A stretch of DNA of 64,000 nucleotides, taken from assembly GCA_965237415.1 (NCBI GenBank), contig CBDEFM010000002.1, forward strand, positions 3,168,001 through 3,232,000. Direction: 5' to 3'. Shown in pieces: positions 27,188 to 36,946 of the stretch (position 1 is its first letter; each line of letters begins with the position of its first letter). Position numbers and translations under genes: made by a program. Below the pieces are notes generated by a model. It saw only the letters and a program-made list of their open reading frames with translations, did no database searches and was not told where the DNA came from. This stretch comes from Alphaproteobacteria bacterium. Its GTDB lineage: Bacteria; Pseudomonadota; Alphaproteobacteria; UBA828.

Positions 27188-28371
27188 CCATACGAGTGGC
27201 CGGACGGGGAGAGGGTGCGGCAATGAGCGGGCACCGCCAGAGGCGCGGCAGCCTTCGGCCCAGCCTGTGCGGCCTCGCCTTCGCTTCCATTGCCGTGGCG
27301 GCGTTGCTTGGATTGAGCGCACCTGAGGGGGCGGCGCAACAGCCGCCGGCCGTGGTCTCCGTCGACGAAGTGCGCATGGAGGCCATGGCGCAAACCGTGC
27401 CGGTGATCGGTCGTCTGGTGTCGCGGCGAGCGGGCGAGGTGGCAGCGCGAACGGCGGGCCCTGTCGCCCAGCTCCATGTCGAGGTCGGCGACCGCGTGGA
27501 GACCGGCGACCCGATTGCTGTTCTCGACACGGTCCGGCTCCGGGCCGAGCGCGATCGCCTGGCGGCGGTCGTCAACCAGGCCCAGGCGCAGGTGGAGAGC
27601 CTGGCGGCTCAGGCGGCCCTTCGCCGCCAAGGGCTGCGCCGGCTTGAAGGTCTTCGGGAGTCAGCGGCGTTCAGCCAGGGCCGCTACGAGGACGCCCGGC
27701 AGGAGGTCATCATCGCCGAGAGCGCAATCGGCACGGCGGACGCCACACGGGTCAGCGCGGCTGCGAGCCTCTCGCTCGCCCAGATCGATCTCTCCTGGGC
27801 CACGATCACGGCGCCCTATCCCGGTGTCATCACCGTCGTACACACCGAGATCGGCGCCTGGCTCGCTGTCGGCCAGCCGGTGGTGTCCATGATCAATGAC
27901 CTCGATCTTGAGGTCGAAGCCGAGGTGCCGTCGAGCCGCGTCGGGGCATTGAAGGCTGGCACGGCGGTCGCGCTCATTCTCGACGACGGAAGCGAGCACA
28001 CGGCGGTCGTGCGCACCGTCGTGCCGGAGGAAAACGCGCTCACCCGCACGCGCCAGGTCCGCTTCACCCCGCGCTTCGCGCCGGTACGCAAGCCGCTCGC
28101 GGCCAATCAGTCGGCGACGGTGCTGGTGCCAGCCGGGGCGGAGCGGGAGGTGCTCACCGTGCACAAGGACGCCATCGTCCGCAATCAGGGTCAGGCGTTC
28201 GTCTACGTCGCCCAGGACGGGGCGGCGCAGATCCGCCCGGTGCAGCTGGGCGCGGCCGTGGGTGGCCGCTTCGAAGTGCTGGGCGGCCTCGGCCCCGGCG
28301 AGCCGGTTGTGGTGCGCGGCAATGAGCGCCTGCGGCCTGGTCAGGCCATCACCGTAGGCGGCGCAGGCTAG
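27184..28371 (+). CDS. RND efflux membrane fusion protein (alternative start 27223)
   Basis: VEVGDRVETGD lipoyl-like half, helical hairpin, ITAPYPGVI, GLGPGEPVVVRG. Confidence 0.92.
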   Translation: MTIRVAGRGEGAAMSGHRQRRGSLRPSLCGLAFASIAVAALLGLSAPEGAAQQPPAVVSVDEVRMEAMAQTVPVIGRLVSRRAGEVAARTAGPVAQLHVEVGDRVETGDPIAVLDTVRLRAERDRLAAVVNQAQAQVESLAAQAALRRQGLRRLEGLRESAAFSQGRYEDARQEVIIAESAIGTADATRVSAAASLSLAQIDLSWATITAPYPGVITVVHTEIGAWLAVGQPVVSMINDLDLEVEAEVPSSRVGALKAGTAVALILDDGSEHTAVVRTVVPEENALTRTRQVRFTPRFAPVRKPLAANQSATVLVPAGAEREVLTVHKDAIVRNQGQAFVYVAQDGAAQIRPVQLGAAVGGRFEVLGGLGPGEPVVVRGNERLRPGQAITVGGAG

Positions 28372-28386
28372 AAGCATCCCCTAGCG

Positions 28387-31300
28387 ATGAACCTGATAAG
28401 GCTGGCCATCGACCGACCGATCGCAGTCGTCGCCGCGATCCTGATGGTGGTCATGTTCGGCCTCGTCGCGCTGCAGACGATCCCGATTCAGCTCACGCCC
28501 GATGTCCGCAAGCCGGTCCTCACTGTCGAGACCTTCTGGCCCGGCGCGGCGCCAGCCGAGGTCGAGCGCGAGATCATCACGCAGCAGGAGGAGGTGTTCA
28601 AAGGCCTCGAGGGGCTGAGCCGCATGATCGGATCGGCCGACGATGGCGTTGGCGAGATCGAGCTGGAGTTCGCCGTCGGGACCGATATGGACAAGTCGCT
28701 CGTGCTGGTGGCCAACCGATTGGATCGGGTGCCCGACCAGCCGAACGACGCCGCCGAGCCGATCATCAGCTCGGCTGGGTCGGAGGACCAGCCGATCGCC
28801 TGGTTCATCCTCTCCCGCAAACCCGGCAACGAGCGCCCGATCCACACCTACGGCGATTTTGTGGAGGACGTGATCCAGGAGCGCCTCGAGCGGGTGCCGG
28901 GCGTGGCGCGGGTGAATATGTTCGGCGGCACCACGCAGGAGCTTCGGATCACGGTCGATCCCGCGCGCATGGCCCGCTACGGCCTCACCGTGACCGAGAT
29001 CGCAGACGCGCTCAGGCGGTCGAACGCCTCGATCTCTGCCGGCGATATCGAGGAGGGGAAGCGCCGCTACGTGGTTCGCACCGACGGTGAGCTCAACACG
29101 CCCGAGCGGGTCGCCAGCGTCGTTCTGCGCTCCGACAGCGACCCTCTCTCGGGCCGGGTCGGCCGAGTCACCATGGGCGATATCGCCACCATCGCCTACC
29201 GCCACAAGGAGCCCGTCGCCCGCATTCGCCAACTCGGCGAGCCGGCGCTGGCCGTCAACGCGGTGCGCGAGACCGGCGCCAACGTGATCGAGACCATGGC
29301 GAGCGTAAAGGAGGCCGTGGCGGAGCTGAACGCCGCGGCAATTCCTCAGGCGGGGCTTGTCTTCGAGCAGGTCTATGACGAAACCGTCTACATCAAGTCC
29401 GCCATCGATCTGGTGCAGAAAAACATGTTCGTCGGCGGTGCGCTGGCGGCGCTGATTCTGCTGCTGTTCCTGCGCTCATTCTCCGCCACCCTCATCGTCT
29501 CGATCGCGATCCCGGTTTCGGTCGTGGGCTCATTCGTTGCGATGGCGCTTCTCGGGCGCTCGATCAACGTGATCTCTCTCGCGGGCCTCGCGTTTGCCGT
29601 CGGCATGGTGGTGGACGCGGCGATCGTCGTGCTGGAGAACATCTACCGGCTCAGGCAGAGCGGCTACGGGCGGATGCAGGCCGCCTACCACGGCGCGCGG
29701 CAGGTCTGGGGCGCGGTGTTCGTCTCGGCTGCGACCACGGTGCTCGTCTTCGTGCCGATCCTGGTCATGGAGCTCGAAGCCGGCCAGTTGTTCCGCGATA
29801 TTGCCGTGGCCATCTCGGTCTCGGTCGTCCTTTCGCTGATTGTGGCGAGCACCGTGATTCCCTCGCTCGCGAGCCGGATCCTCGGGCGCAGACGCAGGGG
29901 CGAGCGTGGCGCCTCCGGTGCACAAGCCGTCACGGAGGAAGCGCCTTACCGGCTTCGCCTGCCGATCATCGACGATGCTGCCGCGCTGTTCGTCCGCATC
30001 GTCCTGGGCTTCACCGCCTGGGTCGTACGCCGCCGTTTGCGCGCCGCCGCGGTGGCGGCGGTGGTTTGCGGCGGTGCGCTCTTCGTCTCGTGGCTGCTGC
30101 TACCCCGGCTCGACTATCTGCCGACCGGCAACCGCAACCTGGTGTTTGGCGTCCTCCTGCCGCCGCCGGGCTACAATCTCGAAACCACCATGGGCATCGC
30201 GCGCTCGGTCGAGGATGCGGTGCGCCCTCTCTGGGCATCGGAGACCGGGCCGGACGCAGCACCCGGCGAGCCGCCGAAGATGCAGCGCTTCTTCTTCGTG
30301 ACGTTTCGCGATCAGGCGTTCGTTGGCGCGATCGCGGTCGAGCCTGACCGTGCCGGTGAGCTGATCGAGCCTATCCGCCGACCGGTGTTCTTCGAGCCCG
30401 GCACCTTCGGCTTCGTGAGCCAGGCGTCGCTGTTCGGCCGCGGGATCGGCGGCGGGCGCAAGATCGACGTCGATATCTCTGGCCCGGACCTCGAGACCGT
30501 TCTCGGCATCGCGCTTCAGGCGACCGGCCTCGTCGCGCAGGCCCTGCCCTTCGATCAGGGCAACCAGTTCCGCCCCAAACCCGGCCTTGAACTTGGCGCC
30601 CCGGAGGTGCGCCTCCTCCCCGATCCCATCAAACTCGGCGACAACGGGGTCTCCGCGCGCGAATTCGGCGCCACGATCGCGGCATACAACGACGGGCTCA
30701 AGGTCGATGAGGTGACCATCGATGCGAAGCGGTTCGACTTGGTGCTGGCGGGGCCGGACGCCAACGTCAACCGCACCCAGGGCATCGACAGCCTGCCGGT
30801 GGTTACGAGGGCGGGCGCCACGATACCGGCAAGCTCCCTCGCCGATATCGTGGTCACCACAGGCCCGACCAAGATTCGCCATGTCGAGCGCGAGCGTACG
30901 ATCACGCTGGAGATCCGCCCCGCCGCGGACATTCCCCTCGAGGTCGCGATGGAGAGGCTGGAGACCGGCGTCATTCAGGCGCTGGAGGGTCGCGGGCTGC
31001 CCCCGGGAGTGAAAATCAGGCTCTCCGGCACCGCCGACGATCTTGAGGCGACGTGGGATGCGATGGCGATCAATTTGGTGGTCGCCATCGCGATCGTCTA
31101 CCTCATCATGGCCGTGCTGTTCGAGAGCTTCGTCTATCCCTTCGTCATCATGCTCTCGGTGCCGCTCGCCGCCGCAGGCGGCGTCCTGGGGCTTGCGGCG
31201 GTCAACACCTATGCGTTTCAGCCCCTCGACATGCTGACCCTCCTCGGCTTCGTCATCCTGGTCGGCATCGTCGTCAACAACGCCATCCTGCTCGTCCATC

Positions 31301-31626
31301 AGACCCTGTTCCACATGCGGGAGGAGCAGATGGCGGTTGCAGATGCGATCACGACGGCAACCCGGAACCGGATCCGACCGATCTTCATGTCGACGCTCAC
31401 CAGCGTGTTCGGGATGTTGCCGCTGGTGCTGTTCCCCGGCGCAGGGTCGGAGCTCTACCGCGGGCTCGGGTCCGTCGTGATCGGCGGGCTTGCGCTCTCC
31501 GCCGTGCTCACGCTGTTGATCGTCCCGCCGCTGTTGGCGGTGGTGGCGACCCGCCAGCAGCGAAAGCACGAACGGCTGAGCACGGCCCTGGACGGTCCCT
31601 CGCTCGGCGGCACCAGCGCGGAATGA
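28387..31626 (+). CDS. RND efflux permease (AcrB/AcrD/AcrF family)
   Basis: 1079 aa; AVGMVVDAAIVVLENI, GIVVNNAILLV, RIRPIFMST..GMLPL. Confidence 0.95.
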   Translation: MNLIRLAIDRPIAVVAAILMVVMFGLVALQTIPIQLTPDVRKPVLTVETFWPGAAPAEVEREIITQQEEVFKGLEGLSRMIGSADDGVGEIELEFAVGTDMDKSLVLVANRLDRVPDQPNDAAEPIISSAGSEDQPIAWFILSRKPGNERPIHTYGDFVEDVIQERLERVPGVARVNMFGGTTQELRITVDPARMARYGLTVTEIADALRRSNASISAGDIEEGKRRYVVRTDGELNTPERVASVVLRSDSDPLSGRVGRVTMGDIATIAYRHKEPVARIRQLGEPALAVNAVRETGANVIETMASVKEAVAELNAAAIPQAGLVFEQVYDETVYIKSAIDLVQKNMFVGGALAALILLLFLRSFSATLIVSIAIPVSVVGSFVAMALLGRSINVISLAGLAFAVGMVVDAAIVVLENIYRLRQSGYGRMQAAYHGARQVWGAVFVSAATTVLVFVPILVMELEAGQLFRDIAVAISVSVVLSLIVASTVIPSLASRILGRRRRGERGASGAQAVTEEAPYRLRLPIIDDAAALFVRIVLGFTAWVVRRRLRAAAVAAVVCGGALFVSWLLLPRLDYLPTGNRNLVFGVLLPPPGYNLETTMGIARSVEDAVRPLWASETGPDAAPGEPPKMQRFFFVTFRDQAFVGAIAVEPDRAGELIEPIRRPVFFEPGTFGFVSQASLFGRGIGGGRKIDVDISGPDLETVLGIALQATGLVAQALPFDQGNQFRPKPGLELGAPEVRLLPDPIKLGDNGVSAREFGATIAAYNDGLKVDEVTIDAKRFDLVLAGPDANVNRTQGIDSLPVVTRAGATIPASSLADIVVTTGPTKIRHVERERTITLEIRPAADIPLEVAMERLETGVIQALEGRGLPPGVKIRLSGTADDLEATWDAMAINLVVAIAIVYLIMAVLFESFVYPFVIMLSVPLAAAGGVLGLAAVNTYAFQPLDMLTLLGFVILVGIVVNNAILLVHQTLFHMREEQMAVADAITTATRNRIRPIFMSTLTSVFGMLPLVLFPGAGSELYRGLGSVVIGGLALSAVLTLLIVPPLLAVVATRQQRKHERLSTALDGPSLGGTSAE

Positions 31627-32336
31627 GGCCGGCTCCAGACGCGCCGCTTCACGAGTGGGACCTGTCGCCGGCGCAGGCGATCGCGTTGCAGAAGGCGCTG
31701 GCCGGTGCCGTTCTGCGTGCGGACAGGTTCGGACCCGGAGGTCGGCGGGCAATCAGGCGGGTGGCAGGCGTCGACGCTGCCTTCGCCGACGGCGGACGGG
31801 TGATCAGGGCTGCGGCGGTGGTGCTGGATTTTCCCGGACTGGTCCTGACCCACCAGGTTCTGGTCGAGCGCCCGACGACCTTCCCCTACGTGCCGGGTCT
31901 GCTCTCCTTCCGCGAAGTGCCGGCCCTGCTGGAGGCTCTGGGCCGGTTGCCTGCGGCGCCCGACCTGATCCTCTGCGACGGTCACGGCTATGCCCATCCG
32001 CGTCGCTTCGGGCTCGCCTGCCATCTGGGCCTCTGGCTGGACACGCCCACCATCGGGGTCGCGAAGTCGAGGCTTACCGGCTCTCACGATGAGCCAGGCC
32101 CGGCGAAGGGCGATGTCGCGTGGCTTCTTGCCGGTAAGGGCGACAGGCCCCGCGAACGCCTCGGCGCCGTCCTGCGCACCCGCGAGCGGGTGAAGCCGGT
32201 CTTTGTCTCGGCGGGACACCGTATCTTACTCAGGACTGCGCTGGCGCTGACTCTCGCCTGCGCTACGCGCTATCGGCTGCCCGAGCCCACGCGCCTTGCC
32301 GACAAGCTCTCCAAGGCCCATCTGGCCGCAGGCTGA
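31623..32336 (+). CDS. nfi: Endonuclease V (deoxyinosine 3' endonuclease)
   Basis: VAGVD, FPYVPGLLSFRE, DGHGYAHPRRFGLACH, GVAKS and LPEPTRLAD motifs. Confidence 0.96.
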   Translation: MRPAPDAPLHEWDLSPAQAIALQKALAGAVLRADRFGPGGRRAIRRVAGVDAAFADGGRVIRAAAVVLDFPGLVLTHQVLVERPTTFPYVPGLLSFREVPALLEALGRLPAAPDLILCDGHGYAHPRRFGLACHLGLWLDTPTIGVAKSRLTGSHDEPGPAKGDVAWLLAGKGDRPRERLGAVLRTRERVKPVFVSAGHRILLRTALALTLACATRYRLPEPTRLADKLSKAHLAAG

Positions 32337-32385
32337 CCGGGCAGAGGCGTTCCCACGCCCGCCGTGTGCCCGCCGTTAGCGAGGA

Positions 32386-32628
32386 CTACCGTTCTTGCAG
32401 AGCGATATCCTCGTCGCTCGCGCCCACAGCCTCGTCTGCAGAGGCCGTCGCACCGTCGGCCATGTTCGCCGCGTCGTCGGCGCTCTCGCCCTCGACCGGC
32501 TGCTCGGTTTTCTCCTGCCGTCTGAGTTCCGCCCGCTCGGCCTTCAGCTTGGCGCGGGCGGCCTTCCTCGCGGCCTTGTTGCGTTCGCGCTCAATGCGAG
32601 CGAAGCGATAGTTGGGCTTGCGTGCCAT
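32386..32628 (-). CDS. Small bipolar (basic N-terminus, acidic C-terminus) hypothetical protein
   Basis: MARKPNYRFARIERERNKAARK; GAAGGA SD; directly downstream of csp. Confidence 0.7.
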   Translation of the reverse strand: MARKPNYRFARIERERNKAARKAARAKLKAERAELRRQEKTEQPVEGESADDAANMADGATASADEAVGASDEDIALQER

Positions 32629-32652
32629 TCGATTCCTTCTGGTTTGGCGGCG

Positions 32653-32753
32653 GCGCCCGCAGGGCGCACACGCCCGTGGACGCGGCGCAGGCTACCCCGT
32701 CGCGTCCACGGGCGGACGACGCCGCATCGCCGGCGGCGTCTGCCGCCGGCGAT
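32653..32753. other. Three tandem stem-loops between csp and the small protein gene
   Basis: Inverted repeats at 32653-32667 (6 bp), 32671-32714 (16/17 bp) and 32726-32753 (12 bp). Confidence 0.7.
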
Positions 32754-32777
32754 CGATGGGGGAAGGTCTGTCGGGGC

Positions 32778-32987
32778 TCAGTCCAGAACGACCAGATTCT
32801 CTGCCGACGCTCTACCGTCGCGGCCCGGTGTCAGTTCGTACTCGACCTTCTGGCCTTCGCGCAGGTTGGTGAGTCCCGCCTGCTCGACAGCGGAGATGTG
32901 AACGAACGCGTCCTTAGAACCGTCGCTCGGCTGAATGAAGCCGTAGCCTTTGACCGAGTTGAACCACTTCACCGTTCCAGTCGCCAT
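32778..32987 (-). CDS. cspA: Cold-shock protein
   Basis: GTVKWFN, RNP1 KGYGFI, RNP2 AFVH; 69 aa. Confidence 0.97.
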   Translation of the reverse strand: MATGTVKWFNSVKGYGFIQPSDGSKDAFVHISAVEQAGLTNLREGQKVEYELTPGRDGRASAENLVVLD

Positions 32988-33080
32988 AACTACTCCTTTC
33001 GCATAGTTTTACGCCCGCGCCGCAATGTGCGGCGTCGCGGGAGCTCGGGGCGCAGCGTGTCTCTAGAGTAGCTTGGCCAG

Positions 33081-33109
33081 GCTATAGCCAGTCAGCGAAG
33101 ATACATCAA
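33081..33109 (-). promoter_or_regulatory. Putative sigma70 promoter of csp
   Basis: On the minus strand TTGATG-N17-TATAGC, implying a roughly 85-nt 5' UTR. Confidence 0.55.
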
Positions 33110-33199
33110 GGTCACGTGCAACCGACCAGTTACTTGTTGGTCCATTGTTGCCCGCTTTGCAAGGGGTTTCGCGTCCCGCGGATCGCGCGGTGGGGTCCG

Positions 33200-34867
33200 T
33201 CAGCTGCCCTTCGGCAGAAGCTTGAACGCCCATTTGACCGTGATCGCATCCTCGATCGGCCCTGTCAGCGCGACCTGCGAGGTGCGCCGCCGGGTTACAC
33301 CGTCGCCGGCGTATACACTCTCGTCGATGCTCATCGACGCGCCGGCGGCTCGCACCTGCCATATCGCACCGCTGGGGAGTCGCAGGAGGACCGCACGGCG
33401 ATCCTCGGTCATCGCGCAGCGCACGTCGGGATGCAGGTGGAAACGCAGCGCAAACTCGCGTCCCCGTCGCCGCCGCTGCCTGAGGTGCGTGAGCGAATCC
33501 TCACCGCGCACATCGGCGCCCGCGGCGCCCACATATAGTCTGCGCTTGTGGATCAGGCCGAGCGTGTCCAGGTAGCCGTCGTGGCTGGCGTCGATCCAGG
33601 TCGAACCGTCCTGGTTGCGCCGCTCGACCTTCACCGTGTTCGGGCCCTCCGCAATCGTGCCATCCGCGCCGAGTGTCGCCGTGTTGGTGTCGTCGACGAC
33701 GAGTGTGCTGTGGGCCGCCGTCCCGCGCAGAGCCTCCTGCCACCCGTCGTCAGCTCCCCGCCAACCGCCGCAATTGACGATGAGGCGCTCCCGCCCGGCG
33801 CTCATCTCCAGGCTCAACGTGCCGGCATGGGCCCAGCGCCCGGTGGTCGACGGGGCGCCGGTGTCCGCAATCAGGGTGGTGTGCTTTCCCTGGATCCGCG
33901 TGAATCCGATATCGGGCGCATCGAGCGAGGTGCCGCCGCTGCTTGCCGCCCTTCGACTGAGGGCGAGATCGATCAAGCCCCGCTCCTCCTCGACGCCGCC
34001 GTTGAACAGGGCGAGCCCGCCGTCGCCGTGGCGGAACAGGCGCAGTGCCGACGCGAGGCGGCCGATCCCCTCAGAGAGCGCTTGTGACGCCGGGTGCCCG
34101 CCCTCGTCGAGAGTCGCCCGCAGCCCCGCGAGGCACCATAGCGCCGCGAGGTGCGCCGACGGGTTCCGGCCGAGTTGATTGCCGTTGCCTGCTGCGTGCC
34201 GCGCCAGCGCCGCTTCGAGGAGCTTGAGGCCTTGCGCGATGCGCCGCTCACCCTCCGGGAGGCAGAGTCCGCTTTCGATCGACCCCCGGAACGCGATCAG
34301 CTGCGGCAGCCCTTCGTCCGCGTTGCGCGCGGTGCGCGTCAGGTGGCTGGCCTGGAGCTCAAGCGCCTGATGGAAGCGCCGGGCGAACTCGTCGTCTGCG
34401 CCTTGCAGCAGAAACGCGCTGTGGGCGAACCAGGCCGTGAGCCGTCGCCCGAGGGTTTCGGGCCCCCAAGCCGACACCGCAGCGCTTTCGATCGTGCGGT
34501 GTTGCCGCAGCCAATCGAGCACCATCGCGCGGCCACGCTCCGCTGCCTGGCCCGTGCCAGCCGCATTCAGATCGCGCAGCCAGGCGAAGCCGTGGAGCTC
34601 GCTCAGCCAGTAATCACCGGCCTCCCGATGACGCCAGGGCGTTTCGCCGGGTTCGCCGACCTCGGCGGCGCGGACAACTTGGCCGCCGAAGTCGTAGAGG
34701 CCCGCGGCCAGTGCTTCGCCGCGCCCGGCAACCCCTGGCACGAGATCGATCGACCGGTGCAGGAGTTGCGGTATCTGTTCGGATGTTCCCCGCCCGGACG
34801 CACGACGGCGCAGCCGCCGCAGGGCACCGAGAAAGCCCTCCGAGGCCTGCTCGTCCCTCGCGCCCAT
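33200..34867 (-). CDS. Heparinase II/III family protein
   Basis: LHGFAWLRDL, RHGDGGLALFNG, HAGTLSLE, TAAHSTL and ASHDGY motifs; usual neighbour of rpe/rsmB. Confidence 0.9.
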   Translation of the reverse strand: MGARDEQASEGFLGALRRLRRRASGRGTSEQIPQLLHRSIDLVPGVAGRGEALAAGLYDFGGQVVRAAEVGEPGETPWRHREAGDYWLSELHGFAWLRDLNAAGTGQAAERGRAMVLDWLRQHRTIESAAVSAWGPETLGRRLTAWFAHSAFLLQGADDEFARRFHQALELQASHLTRTARNADEGLPQLIAFRGSIESGLCLPEGERRIAQGLKLLEAALARHAAGNGNQLGRNPSAHLAALWCLAGLRATLDEGGHPASQALSEGIGRLASALRLFRHGDGGLALFNGGVEEERGLIDLALSRRAASSGGTSLDAPDIGFTRIQGKHTTLIADTGAPSTTGRWAHAGTLSLEMSAGRERLIVNCGGWRGADDGWQEALRGTAAHSTLVVDDTNTATLGADGTIAEGPNTVKVERRNQDGSTWIDASHDGYLDTLGLIHKRRLYVGAAGADVRGEDSLTHLRQRRRRGREFALRFHLHPDVRCAMTEDRRAVLLRLPSGAIWQVRAAGASMSIDESVYAGDGVTRRRTSQVALTGPIEDAITVKWAFKLLPKGS

Positions 34868-34881
34868 GGAATTGGGTGGGA

Positions 34882-35613
34882 CTAGGAGACCGACGCGCCG
34901 ATCGCGCGCGGCCCTGCGCGGGTGCCTCGCGAGGCCGTGCGCCCCGCCTCCCCCGCTGCTCTCAGTCGCGCGATATTGCCATGATAATCGGCCCGGCCGC
35001 CGGCGAAGCTTGCAGAGCCCGCAACCAGCACGTCGGCACCGGCGCCAGACGCGAGGCCCGCCGTCTGCTCGTCGATCCCGCCATCGACCGAGAGGTCGAC
35101 GGCGCACCCGCTCGCGTCGATGAGCGCCCTCAGCGCTTCGATCTTGCCGAGTTGGCTCGGGATAAACCGCTGGCCGCCGAAACCGGGATTGACGCTCATC
35201 ACGAGCACGAGATCGATATCGCCCAGAACCGGCTCGACGGCATGGATGGGCGTCGCCGGGTTGAGCGCGACGCCTGCGCGCTTGCCCATGCCCTTGATGC
35301 GCTGGAGGGTCCTGTGCAGGTGGGCGCCCGCCTCGGCGTGAACGGTGATGCAATCGGCGCCGGCCTCAGCGAACGGCTCGATGAAGGGATCGGGCGGCGT
35401 GACCATCAGATGGACATCGAAGGGGCGTGTGCTGTGGGGTCTGAGCGCCGCCACCACGCCTGCGCCGATGGTCAGGTTGGGCACGAAGTGCCCGTCCATC
35501 ACGTCGATATGCAGCCAGTCGGCGCCGGCGTCCGAGATCGCTCGCACCTCCTCGCCCAGGCGCGAAAAATCTGCCGCTAGAACGGACGCTGCGATCCGAA
35601 GCTTCTGCTGCAT
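34882..35613 (-). CDS. rpe: Ribulose-phosphate 3-epimerase
   Basis: HIDVMDGHFVPNLT, DVHLM, MSVNPGFGGQ and VDGGI motifs. Confidence 0.97.
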   Translation of the reverse strand: MQQKLRIAASVLAADFSRLGEEVRAISDAGADWLHIDVMDGHFVPNLTIGAGVVAALRPHSTRPFDVHLMVTPPDPFIEPFAEAGADCITVHAEAGAHLHRTLQRIKGMGKRAGVALNPATPIHAVEPVLGDIDLVLVMSVNPGFGGQRFIPSQLGKIEALRALIDASGCAVDLSVDGGIDEQTAGLASGAGADVLVAGSASFAGGRADYHGNIARLRAAGEAGRTASRGTRAGPRAIGASVS

Positions 35614-35632
35614 GGCGAGGTCTGGTACCAGC

Positions 35633-36946
35633 TTAGCCAAGGTGCCGCAAGCGTGCGGCGTAGAAGCCGTCCATCCCGCCGTCTTTCGCCCAATGGCAGG
35701 GGAGCGTGCGGAGATCGCCGGCTGTCGTGATGGCTTCGCCGACTCCCGCTAGCTCGCCCGGGCGCACCGGCAGGCGTGCGAAATCCGTAGCCGCCTCGAG
35801 AAACGCGTCCACCTGGCGCTCGCATTCTTCCGGCTGGAGCGAGCAGCTCGCGTAGACCAGGAGCCCCCCCGGCGCCACCATGGCAGCGGCACGAGCCAGC
35901 AATCGGCCCTGCAATTCGGCGAGGCGGGCAACGTCGGCGGGGCGGCGGCCGTGCAGAACATCGGGGTGGCGTCTGATGGTCCCGGTCGCCGTGCACGGTG
36001 CATCGAGGAGCACCAAGTGGGCCTGCGCCGCCGGGTGCCAGTCGAGCGCATCCGCCTCCACGATCTCGGCCTCGAGGTGGAGCCTGGCGAGGTTCTCCCT
36101 GAGCCGGGCAAGGCGGGGGGCGGAGCGATCGACAGCGGTGACCCGCGCGCCGGCGGCAGCGAGCTGCGCGGTCTTGCCCCCAGGCGCGGCGCCGATCTCC
36201 AATACCTGCTTGCCGGCGACCGGGCCAAACAAACGGGCCGGCAGCGCTGCCGCCGCATCCTGCACCCACCACTCACCCGCCTCATAACCAGCCAGCCGCG
36301 TCACCTCGCCGGCGCCGCGCAGCCGCAGCGTGCCGCCGGGCAGACGCTCGGCGGCGAGTGCGGCGCAGAGCGCCTGGGCCCGCTCTTCCGTATCGGTGAG
36401 CGGCGAGAGGTCCAGCGGCGGCTCCTTGAGGTGGGCCTCGGCGATGGCCCGGCAACGCGCGTCGCCATAAGCTTGCGCCCAGCTCCGCCAGAGCCAGTCG
36501 GGGGTATTGAGGCGGGCCGCATCGAGCGCCGCGATCGCGCCGTGTTCGCGGCTCGCCCGGCGCAGCACCGCGTTGACGAGCCCGCGATAGGGCGCGAGCC
36601 GCGGCCCTTGTGCGAGCGCGACGGTGCTCGCCACCGCCGCGTGAGCGGGCGTCTCCAGGAAGGCGAGCTGGGCGATACCGAGCCGAAGCACGTCCTGCAC
36701 CGGCCCGCGCCGTGCGGGTAACGGACGATCCATGAGTCCGGCCAGAAAGGCATCGATCTGGCCGAGGCGGCGGAGCGTCGTCAGCAGCAGCAGTCGTGTG
36801 AAAGCAGCGTCGCGCGGCGAGAGCGCATCCAGCCCTGGTGCTGCGGCGAGCGCCTGATCGAGGGTACGACCCCGGCGCAGGATCGCACCCAGCGCATGGG
36901 CCGCGACCGCGCGTGCATCGCTCGGCGGGCTACTGGTCGACGACAA
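35633..36946 (-). CDS. rsmB: RsmB/NOP SAM-dependent RNA m5C methyltransferase with NusB-like domain (TTG start uncertain)
   Basis: VNAVLR, WWVQDAAA, AAPGGKTAQL, LLDAPCTATGTIRRHPD, DGFYAARL. Confidence 0.9.
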   Translation of the reverse strand: MSSTSSPPSDARAVAAHALGAILRRGRTLDQALAAAPGLDALSPRDAAFTRLLLLTTLRRLGQIDAFLAGLMDRPLPARRGPVQDVLRLGIAQLAFLETPAHAAVASTVALAQGPRLAPYRGLVNAVLRRASREHGAIAALDAARLNTPDWLWRSWAQAYGDARCRAIAEAHLKEPPLDLSPLTDTEERAQALCAALAAERLPGGTLRLRGAGEVTRLAGYEAGEWWVQDAAAALPARLFGPVAGKQVLEIGAAPGGKTAQLAAAGARVTAVDRSAPRLARLRENLARLHLEAEIVEADALDWHPAAQAHLVLLDAPCTATGTIRRHPDVLHGRRPADVARLAELQGRLLARAAAMVAPGGLLVYASCSLQPEECERQVDAFLEAATDFARLPVRPGELAGVGEAITTAGDLRTLPCHWAKDGGMDGFYAARLRHLG

